IMG/VR virus record: IMGVR_UViG_2816332575_000002
Location: 40,885 to 104,884 of that record
Length of the DNA stretch: 64,000 nucleotides
Reading direction: 5' to 3' (one strand)
Origin: a virus
Taxonomy: Duplodnaviria > Caudoviricetes
Under the pieces are notes generated by a model. The model was not told the origin of the DNA. It saw only the letters and a program-made list of their open reading frames with translations, and did no database searches. Positions 20,101 through 27,413 of this stretch are shown here, piece by piece. Numbering within the stretch: position 1 is the first letter of the stretch; every line of letters starts with the position of its first letter. Position numbers and translations under genes: made by a program.

Positions 20101-20302
20101 GACGGCCGCAGCCCTGGAAGGCCCGAAACGTGCTTCGGCGGCCGGCGGCGGTGGGGGAGTGACGGTTCAGTTCGGGCAGGGTGCCATCAGCATTACTGTT
20201 CAGGGCGCGATGAGCAGCAGCGCTGCCATGCAGGCGGGCCGCCAGATCGTGGACGCTATCGCTGCGGACAAGCGGCTCAAAGAAATCGGAGCGGGGGTCT
20301 AA
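17123..20302 (+). CDS. Tape measure protein with NlpC/P60 peptidase and lytic transglycosylase domains
   Basis: Coiled-coil N-terminus; YSWGG..FDCSSL..PGDL..HVVMY; RESG..GLFQ..F. Confidence 0.88.
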   Translation: MASSERSEPNIAGRLLGVSRLEHEVDDLERQIRVLGQNVSRLNRAFGALPTGLGSGMGVAGAFPAANRPTPAGTAQATSNPSGTGTAVQQAAAIMRQRMEARRAQQNEAVTRAAEQRRQQEEERRRQRDQAQRDRQEANARHAAAAEAQQQAMREAQERARQDRERADASARARITARLGGAGGVPPRPTVPPTVGAGQPGRGGRVIDGERLAFGAGQLASRAVSWGAGKVRSRVDHMTDQAYEMDRYAAFAYSSWADPKAGYWSQKNRFRNDAMQSSTALSTEDLNTGLFEVDRRLGMGRSEAERRLLHQQASGYALLDPTMGVADSARMMTAMYTPQASMLYQAMGLGPTIGAGGKRISQGQLNQNLLDRVFQRGYRLKNVLAASEQGGSLRTTLEGQARQLGMGQDWVENRLTQIQSQARWREQTGGSVDEYERLLRDAGGTGEKAEQARERLQKGGLDVDNLLNQKKRREGEERRHDSQMMDAFAPAMQAATDVVIDFKEALNAILELPGVKHVVGGYQGVDAGTGGRLTGALKGAGVGALTGLAAGSVIPGIGNGVGALAGGIIGGIGGLIGGGAAGGGSIGGGAAGGSGGSKTRANLHQGSANSAIKAALSQIGVDYSWGGGGPEGPSRGFAQGARTVGFDCSSLMQYAFSKVGVRLGRTTYEQLKAGKGVAYKDRRPGDLMFPNSGHVVMYLGNGKIVHAPRTGQKIRVDSEDHFGKYMAVRRVVAGGGDTFSSDEPGSTSSEAGAGNDNSAATGASTTGTITNAYGSVNEVEALAAALSAGGRGAAGAGGGSKKSGEDGRDDPAGADVDTGGYSWGAINGRYTKVPAPPGWVKAAIQRGMAAKGVSGAAWARGLTTIAYRESGYRRDARNDWDSNAKNGDPSVGLFQVIGSTFKAYRAKSLPNDQTDPAASAAAAIGWIKARYGSIGKVQQADPNKPSKGYEIGAWDLPEDEITQVHKGEMIVPKRTAQTIRNALMQESIPVKSTTAAALEGPKRASAAGGGGGVTVQFGQGAISITVQGAMSSSAAMQAGRQIVDAIAADKRLKEIGAGV

Positions 20303-20303
20303 G

Positions 20304-21017
20304 GTGTTTTCGCGTCTTCACAAGGAGCTGGACGCTAGCCAGCACACTAACGGCCAGATCGACCCAAGGCAGCTTCCGGCCGGCGGCGTCGGCTGGTGGG
20401 GCGGCGGGATCGGTAGCGGCCAGGACGACCACCTCACTTTTCTCCAGGGCTACATCGTCAGCGACACCCGAGGATTGCCGAAGAAGGAGAAGCCGTACTA
20501 CTTCAAATTCCATTACAACCCCTCCACCGTGAGTATGTCGCACGGACTGGATCAGGCGACCATGCAGCCGGCGCAGTGGCAGCGCGCCGAGGCCGACACG
20601 GGTACCGCTCTGCTGCCGATCAACAGCTCGTGCAGCTTCAGCCTGTTCTTCGACCGTACTTACGACATCCTGGCGCGAAAGAGCACGCCGCAGTCCAAGT
20701 ACGGCGTGATGTACGACGTGAACGCCCTGTACAACCTGGTCGGCATCAACTCCACCTCTCGTACGGGCGGATCGACTGGAACCAGTACCGACCCGAACAG
20801 TGAGCCGTCCCCTGACGCAGCGGAGATTCCCGAGACGGTGACCGGGCCCATGCAGATGAGACCTTGCACCGTGTTTTTCGGCGGCCAGGACAGGGCCCTC
20901 TTCTATTACGGATTCATCAGCAGCGTCGAGACGCAATGGGTGCACTGGACGCAGGACATGACTACTCAACGCGTCTCGGTCAGCATTACGATGACAGGAC
21001 TTCCCCAGCCGAAATAG
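20304..21017 (+). CDS. Tail tube initiator / baseplate protein
   Basis: FHYNP, LFFD, YGFISS; position after the tape measure. Confidence 0.65.
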   Translation: MFSRLHKELDASQHTNGQIDPRQLPAGGVGWWGGGIGSGQDDHLTFLQGYIVSDTRGLPKKEKPYYFKFHYNPSTVSMSHGLDQATMQPAQWQRAEADTGTALLPINSSCSFSLFFDRTYDILARKSTPQSKYGVMYDVNALYNLVGINSTSRTGGSTGTSTDPNSEPSPDAAEIPETVTGPMQMRPCTVFFGGQDRALFYYGFISSVETQWVHWTQDMTTQRVSVSITMTGLPQPK

Positions 21018-21024
21018 GAGACGC

Positions 21025-21303
21025 ATGATCAGCAGTGGCTCACGCTACGCCGACCACTCGGTGGAAATTGTCACCGACTCTGCGGGAGCCACGCGCCGGG
21101 TCCTGATTCCCGCAGCGCCGAAAACACTGCGCGTGCGCGCTGTTACCTATAGGTGGCAGGAGGGGGATCGCGTGGATACGGTCGCCACCGACTTCTACCG
21201 TGACCCCACTCAGTGGTGGCGCATCGCCGAAGTCAACCCAGAGATTCTGGACTGGACCGAGATAGCGCCCGGCACCGTCATCAGGATTCCCCATGCCGAT
21301 TAA
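21025..21303 (+). CDS. LysM-like baseplate protein
   Basis: GDRVDxVAxxFYxDPxxWWxIAxxNP...GTVIRIP. Confidence 0.85.
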   Translation: MISSGSRYADHSVEIVTDSAGATRRVLIPAAPKTLRVRAVTYRWQEGDRVDTVATDFYRDPTQWWRIAEVNPEILDWTEIAPGTVIRIPHAD

Positions 21304-22471
21304 GCAATTCGCGCCGCACGCCCGCCTCGTCTACCCCGCCGTGCCCACGAGCCGCCACTACATCACCCACGTCGCCATACACCAGGCCGAAGCGGCACAC
21401 GAAGTCGCCGAGGTCGCTGTGGCGTTCAGCGTGCCGCGTACGGACAGCGTTCGGTCTTGGGCCATGTCCTATGGTCTTCTGCTGCCTGAGCAAACACCGG
21501 TCCACCTGCGTTACGGCTCAGGGCCACACCAGGAAGCCGACTTCTACGGCTACGTGCACTCCTACCGCGTCACCACGAGCCAGGACGACGCCCGCCTCCA
21601 GCGGAACACCGAGGTCACCCTCACCTACACCCTGACGGGCGCGACCAGCAGCAGTATGCAGTCCCAGCGCAGCGCCGCCTGGAACCTGTCGAGCATCTCC
21701 GGCATTGCCCGCAGCATCTGCCGCAGCCACCGAATGGCCTGCGTCACCGAGCGCACGCCGACGAGACTGACCAAGATGCAGGCCAGCCAGTCCGATTTCG
21801 CTTTCCTGCGGGACGTGGCCGCGGAGTACGGGCTGCGACTGGTCGCCGACGGCACCACCGTTTACCTCACCTCCCCGCTGACGACGCTGCGACGAAGCCA
21901 CGCCATCCCCTCCGCGCACATGACGAAGCTCCCGGGCCTGCACGACACGATCTACGAATTCGATGCTCTGAACGGGGCACTGGAGCCCGAGGGCGGGCGC
22001 CGCACCCGCGTGGAGGGCTACGCCTACAACCGCAGCACCCGGCACCTGGCGCGTACGGTCGCAGCCCGCACCTCGACCGCGGCGCACCGCACCTACGCCA
22101 CCGCTCTACCTGCCGGCTCCCGCAGCGAGGCCGACGAGCGCGTAGGAGCCGCGGCAGCCAGCTCGGCCCTCTGGGTGGCGGCCACCGCCAGCGTGCGCGG
22201 CGACGCCCGGCTCAAGGTCGGCCACGAAATCTGGCTCCAGGGCTCAGGGCTCGGGCCCCACACGGTCGGCACCTGGATGATCCGTACGGCCAGCCACCAC
22301 ATGACCCTGCACCCCACTCAGCCCGCACAGAGCACCTACGTCACCGACCTGACCTTGGGCCGCAACCGGCCAGAGGGCCTGGACGCGCACCGCCTGTCTC
22401 TGCCCCAGCCTGCCGGCACCACGCTGTCCGCGCAGCGCTGGTGCGCCCAGCACATCGGAGGCCCTGCATGA
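21293..22471 (+). CDS. Baseplate hub (gp27/late control D-like)
   Basis: QSDFAFLRDVAAEYG, GDARLKVG, GTWMIR. Confidence 0.75.
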   Translation: MPIKQFAPHARLVYPAVPTSRHYITHVAIHQAEAAHEVAEVAVAFSVPRTDSVRSWAMSYGLLLPEQTPVHLRYGSGPHQEADFYGYVHSYRVTTSQDDARLQRNTEVTLTYTLTGATSSSMQSQRSAAWNLSSISGIARSICRSHRMACVTERTPTRLTKMQASQSDFAFLRDVAAEYGLRLVADGTTVYLTSPLTTLRRSHAIPSAHMTKLPGLHDTIYEFDALNGALEPEGGRRTRVEGYAYNRSTRHLARTVAARTSTAAHRTYATALPAGSRSEADERVGAAAASSALWVAATASVRGDARLKVGHEIWLQGSGLGPHTVGTWMIRTASHHMTLHPTQPAQSTYVTDLTLGRNRPEGLDAHRLSLPQPAGTTLSAQRWCAQHIGGPA

Positions 22472-24597
22472 CCGGCACCTACCAGGCCGTGGTGGCGGGC
22501 ACCACCGACCCGCAGCGCCGCGGCCGAGTCCGGCTCCAGGTGCCACAGGTCTCCGGAGGCGCCATGACCCTATGGGCCGAACCCGCGGTGCGCGGTCGCG
22601 TCCCGGCCGTGGGCGAAACGGTGTGGGTGACCTACGAGGGCGGGGACGAGTCCCGGCCGGTCTATCTCGTCGCTGACCCGGCGGTCGTCGAGCGGGACTA
22701 CGAGCCGATCGAGCCGCTGGTTTCCGCGCAGCGCGGCGCGCCCCAGTGGGTGACGACACGTACATTCGTGCTCTGGGACGAAGCGGCGTGGCCGTCGATC
22801 GAGCTGGTGGTGCCGCAGTCCGGGGCTTTGTTCGTGTCGGTCTCGGGCAGGGTGTTTCCGGGGCGTACGCAGACGTCGGTTAGTGCGCTGTCCTGGGGCA
22901 TTTACGACCTGGACACCCGCACCTATCTGTACGCGGATGCTGGACGCGTCAGCCTGCAACGGCAGGGCAGCAGGCCCGGGGCGCTGGGTGCGGGCACCGT
23001 GGCAGCCACGCGCCGGCACTTGGTACAGGGGCTGCCGCCGGGCCACCGCGTCAGTGTTCGGCCCGCCTACGCCTACAACGGCATCGACACCGCCGACCTG
23101 GAACGGCTGTTCACCGGCGGCCAGTTGGTGGTCGAACCGGTGCCCGCCTCCTCGATCCGTCCGCTGGCCACCACCCAGTCGCGTCAGCCCAAGTACCTCA
23201 CGTCAAGTTTCACAGCATTCCCCGAGGACGACATGGCGGGCATCCGCGCCGTTGTACCGGCCTCCGGCAAGATGTGGATCACGATCTCCGGGAAGCTCTC
23301 GCCGCCGTCTGCGGCAGCCGGGAACGACATGTGGTACTCGTGGCTCCTGACCGGCAGCAGCAGCTGGAAGGACACCTGGATTCACCGGTACAAGCAGATC
23401 GACGTCTCCAACTTTTTGGCGGTCGGCTCGGCCAGCCGACGCACCCTGGTCACTGGCCTGACGCCAGGTGAGGTCGTGCGGGTCACCCCGGTCTACGGAA
23501 CGGACAGCAGCACCAACGTCACCAGTTTCACCGCGCAGGACGGTCAGCTTGTCGTCGAGCCGGTGGTGGAGGGTGAGGACAGTCAGGTCCAGCACACCCT
23601 GCTGTCCTCCACCGTGCCCCGGTACGCGGCCACCAGCACCTGGACGGATTTCGCACCCTCGGACTGGGCGCCCATCACCACGAAAGTGCCAGCCACCGGC
23701 AGTCTGCTGGTCAGCGTCGGCGCCACGATGTGGAACGAATCCACGGACACGAGCGAAATGCGGCTGGGCTGGTCGGTCAGCGGAGACTACGCCTGGAGCG
23801 GCGACGGCCTCCAGCAGGCCCTGACCATCACCGGCCGCAGCTGGGCGACAGCCGCCACCAAACGATGCCTGCTCGCCGGACTGACACCGGGCTCCACCGT
23901 GACCATCACCCCGCGCTACTGGTGTGATGCCAACGGCACAGGCTCGGCCGGTCAGCAGCTCGCCGTCATCGAAGGGGGCCAGCTCGCGGTCGAGCCGGTC
24001 CGGCCAGGTAACCCCGCGCGTCCCGGCCCTACTGCGCAGCCCACCGCACACATCCGCAGCGCCGCCTCGCCGGCCGTACGCGACGCCCAGAACCCGAGTG
24101 ACGGTGACCTCTACATCCTGGACGACCAGGAGATCGCACAGGTGCGGATCAACGGCAGGTGGATGACGGTGGCTGAGCGCCGCCCCTACATCGTCGTCCA
24201 GGCCGACAAATTCGCCTTGTCGCCGACATCAGATGTTGTCCCCTGGGAGTCGATTCTGGCGCAGACGGACACCGGGCTTTTCGCGCGTCAAGACCCTGTG
24301 GGCATTTACACCACCCGGGACGGGCTGTACGAGGTGAGTGTGAGCTGCCGCTGGGGGGACGCACTGACGAAGAATCGCATCTGGCTCAACGCGGGTGGTA
24401 CCGAATTCAGGGTCTGGTCCCTGGAATCGGCGTCCTCGAACGCCCAAGGAGCAAGCGGTACCGTCATGATGTCCCTGAAAGCCGGATCACGCATCGTCCT
24501 GGCCATGCGCGCCGGCCAGACAGGCACTGCCACCCAGATCCGCATGGCCGTCGAATACAAGGGCCCCACGCTGGACGGGAAGTACGACAATGTCTGA
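22468..24597 (+). CDS. Baseplate spike (gp5/V OB-fold) fused to three tandem repeat domains
   Basis: DPQRRGRVRLQVP, PAVGETVWVTYEGGD..P; three repeats ending GQLxVEPV. Confidence 0.8.
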   Translation: MTGTYQAVVAGTTDPQRRGRVRLQVPQVSGGAMTLWAEPAVRGRVPAVGETVWVTYEGGDESRPVYLVADPAVVERDYEPIEPLVSAQRGAPQWVTTRTFVLWDEAAWPSIELVVPQSGALFVSVSGRVFPGRTQTSVSALSWGIYDLDTRTYLYADAGRVSLQRQGSRPGALGAGTVAATRRHLVQGLPPGHRVSVRPAYAYNGIDTADLERLFTGGQLVVEPVPASSIRPLATTQSRQPKYLTSSFTAFPEDDMAGIRAVVPASGKMWITISGKLSPPSAAAGNDMWYSWLLTGSSSWKDTWIHRYKQIDVSNFLAVGSASRRTLVTGLTPGEVVRVTPVYGTDSSTNVTSFTAQDGQLVVEPVVEGEDSQVQHTLLSSTVPRYAATSTWTDFAPSDWAPITTKVPATGSLLVSVGATMWNESTDTSEMRLGWSVSGDYAWSGDGLQQALTITGRSWATAATKRCLLAGLTPGSTVTITPRYWCDANGTGSAGQQLAVIEGGQLAVEPVRPGNPARPGPTAQPTAHIRSAASPAVRDAQNPSDGDLYILDDQEIAQVRINGRWMTVAERRPYIVVQADKFALSPTSDVVPWESILAQTDTGLFARQDPVGIYTTRDGLYEVSVSCRWGDALTKNRIWLNAGGTEFRVWSLESASSNAQGASGTVMMSLKAGSRIVLAMRAGQTGTATQIRMAVEYKGPTLDGKYDNV

Positions 24598-24994
24598 GCA
24601 GCTCGCCATTCCCTTCGCCCTGGACGCCTCCGGACGGATCGCCACCGTCACCGACCCTGACCGGCAAACGCAGCAGCGGGTCCGCGCCGTGGTGGCCACC
24701 GCCCCGTCCGAGCGCGTCATGCAGCCCGAATTCGGCACCGACCTGAGGCCCTTCCTGTTCGCGCCGAACGACCCGGTCACGCGGGAAGCGCTGCGCCATG
24801 CGGTCCAGGACGCGGTCGCCCGGTGGGAGCCGGGAGCCGTGGTCACCATGGTGGAGCCGGTCATCGAGGACGAGGCCGAGGGCATCGCCGACGTGCTGGT
24901 GGACATCGGCCGCAGCAACGCACACCCGGAGGCCGCCGCGGCACACCTACAGGAAATCGTCGTACGCCCCGGCGGGCGTGTCGACATCTACTAA
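24590..24994 (+). CDS. Baseplate wedge protein gp25/W
   Basis: ERVMQPEFG, LF, WEP. Confidence 0.9.
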   Translation: MSEQLAIPFALDASGRIATVTDPDRQTQQRVRAVVATAPSERVMQPEFGTDLRPFLFAPNDPVTREALRHAVQDAVARWEPGAVVTMVEPVIEDEAEGIADVLVDIGRSNAHPEAAAAHLQEIVVRPGGRVDIY

Positions 24995-25060
24995 TACAAC
25001 GCCCCTGCGCTGACACAAAATAGGCATGATCCGAATGCCGACCAGCAGCAGGGAGTTTTC

Positions 25061-26575
25061 GTGGCGGACAGCACCAGCACAGCCATACCTGCTGTCATCG
25101 ACTACACCGCACGGGATTTCACCAGCCTGCGCAAGGCAATGCTCGACCATGCGGCGCAGGTCTTCCCGCAGTGGACCGGCCGCAACACCTCTGATTTCGG
25201 TGTAGCGCTGATCGAGGAAATTGCTTACCTCGGAGACATCCTCTCCTACTACCTCGACACAGCCAGCCGCGAGGCATTCCTGCCGACGGCCACCCGACGA
25301 GAGTCGGTGATGGACCTGGCGCGAATGCTCGGCTACACCCCCGACGTGGCGACGGCTGCCGCCGGCACCGTGGTCCTGGCCACCGAGGCAAGCCAGGCCA
25401 CGCCCGTCATCGTCCCAGCGGGCACCAAGATCACCACTGCTTTCATCGAGGCCCTCGACCGGCCCCTGGTCTACGAGACCACCGCCACTGTCACCCTGGC
25501 CGCGGCCGGCGGCTCCGCCAGCATCCCCGTCCTGGAAGGGCGGCGCGCCGGTACCACCCCGCTGCTGATCGCCCGCAACACCCCCCAGGAGCAGGAGATC
25601 CTCACCGAGGCTCTCGGCGCCTCCACCGGACGGCCCGAGCAGCGCCTGGTCCTGGCCGAGAGCCCGGCCCTGCACGAGAGCATCCGGCTGTACGTCTCCA
25701 CGGCCCAGGACGCGGTGCCCTGGCGCCAGGTCGACAGCCTGCTGGACTGGGGGCCAAACGACCAGGTCTACGAGGTGCACACCGCGGCCGACGGCCGCAC
25801 CACCCTGGTCCTGGGCGACGGCCTGGCTGGCGCCGTCCCCGCAGCAGGCCAAGCCTTGCACGCCGCATACCGCACCGGCGGCGGCACCGTCGGCAACATC
25901 AGCGCCGGACAGCTCGTCGACATCGCCGACGCCCTGCCGGGCGTGTACATCGTCACCAGCAGCGCCATGACCGGCGGCCGGGACGCCGAGGCCCTGGAGT
26001 CCATCCGCACCAACGCTACGAAGGCCCACCGCGCGCAGGACCGGGGCGTCTCCAGACGTGACTACGCCGACCTGGCTCTGGCCGTGCCCGGCATCGCCAA
26101 GGCGGTCGCGCTGGCCACGCAGACCACCTCCGTCAGTGTTCGCGTCGTCGGCGCCGCCAACGCGACCCCGGCCGCAGAGCTGCTGGACCGAGTGGAGCGC
26201 TATCTCCAGCAGCGGGCCACGGTCGGCGTACGCGTCACCGTCGCCCCCGGCGACCTGGTCCGCGTCAACATGGGCTCGGAATCAGCTCCGATCATCTTGG
26301 GCCTGTACCCCAATCACCGCGCTGCCGACATCGCGCGTGCGGGCCGGCGCGTGCTCCAGGAACTGCTCTCGGACGCGCGCAGTGGCTTCGGGCAGAAGGT
26401 CCCCATTTCCTACGTCTACCGAATACTCGACTCTCTGCCCGGCGTCGAATACGTGAAGATCCCGCTGTTCGCCAGAGCGGACAGCGTGCAAAGCGGCGCC
26501 CAGGACATCCTGTGCCGGGACTGGGAAATTCCCGTACCCGGTGACATCTACCTCGTCACCGACGGAGGCTACTAA
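25061..26575 (+). CDS. Baseplate J/gp6-like wedge protein
   Basis: IDYTARDF, GDILSYYLD, LGY, GDG..G..P, GG.D.E..IR. Confidence 0.9.
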   Translation: MADSTSTAIPAVIDYTARDFTSLRKAMLDHAAQVFPQWTGRNTSDFGVALIEEIAYLGDILSYYLDTASREAFLPTATRRESVMDLARMLGYTPDVATAAAGTVVLATEASQATPVIVPAGTKITTAFIEALDRPLVYETTATVTLAAAGGSASIPVLEGRRAGTTPLLIARNTPQEQEILTEALGASTGRPEQRLVLAESPALHESIRLYVSTAQDAVPWRQVDSLLDWGPNDQVYEVHTAADGRTTLVLGDGLAGAVPAAGQALHAAYRTGGGTVGNISAGQLVDIADALPGVYIVTSSAMTGGRDAEALESIRTNATKAHRAQDRGVSRRDYADLALAVPGIAKAVALATQTTSVSVRVVGAANATPAAELLDRVERYLQQRATVGVRVTVAPGDLVRVNMGSESAPIILGLYPNHRAADIARAGRRVLQELLSDARSGFGQKVPISYVYRILDSLPGVEYVKIPLFARADSVQSGAQDILCRDWEIPVPGDIYLVTDGGY

Positions 26576-27400
26576 ATGCCCTCTCACTTCCCGAAGGCCG
26601 TTCGCCGGTGGCCCCAGCACGCCAACCAGCGCGACTACGTGATGGCGGAGCACGTCAACGAGATCCAAGACGAAATCGCCGGTATCAGCGCCACGCTCGG
26701 CGTCATGCCCACCGAATACCTGGACGCCAGCGGAAAGACTGTCTCCTACACCACCGTCGACTCCCGCCTGGACATCATCCAGCGGGAGCAGGAGCGCCTG
26801 AGGTACTACCAGGACGGCCTGCTCGATGCCGCGAAGACGGGCTGGAATTTGCCGATCTGCTCTCTGCGCAGCTCCGGCACCAGCATTCCGCAGACCGTCA
26901 ACCAGTCCCAGCCCAACCATCCTGTCAACGACTGGCACCCCGTTCTGTTCGACAAGCCCGTCATCGATCCGCTGAACCTGGCGCCGAAGCCCACGCTTTC
27001 CTTGGTGTGCCCTCAGACCGGCTGGTGGGTGATCTCGTGCCGCACCATGATGTGGGTGCCCGGTCGCGGTCCGAAGACCCAGTCGACCGACCATAAAATG
27101 GACACCCGACTGCACATTCCCAACGTCTCCACGGATGCGGGCACCGACGGAGACTCCGCACCGCTGGGCACCTATGGCTTTCACCGCAACAACCCCTCCT
27201 ACAGCGGCGCCTGGTACCAGGGCGAGAAACTTGCGGTGGAGGTCCGGCACATGGGCAACAAGCCGGTCACCAACGCTCCGGTCACCGACCCCATCGGCCC
27301 GCAGACCGTTTTCACGTGGATCGGTCTGACCTACATCCGGGCCCTGCCCAAGGACATGGTCACCCGGCCCGACTGGGATGCCGATCCCCTGACCCCCTGA
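26576..27400 (+). CDS. Minor tail/fibre protein
   Basis: AEHVNEIQDEI N-terminus; position in the tail operon. Confidence 0.6.
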   Translation: MPSHFPKAVRRWPQHANQRDYVMAEHVNEIQDEIAGISATLGVMPTEYLDASGKTVSYTTVDSRLDIIQREQERLRYYQDGLLDAAKTGWNLPICSLRSSGTSIPQTVNQSQPNHPVNDWHPVLFDKPVIDPLNLAPKPTLSLVCPQTGWWVISCRTMMWVPGRGPKTQSTDHKMDTRLHIPNVSTDAGTDGDSAPLGTYGFHRNNPSYSGAWYQGEKLAVEVRHMGNKPVTNAPVTDPIGPQTVFTWIGLTYIRALPKDMVTRPDWDADPLTP

Positions 27401-27413
27401 CCGGAGAGACCTG

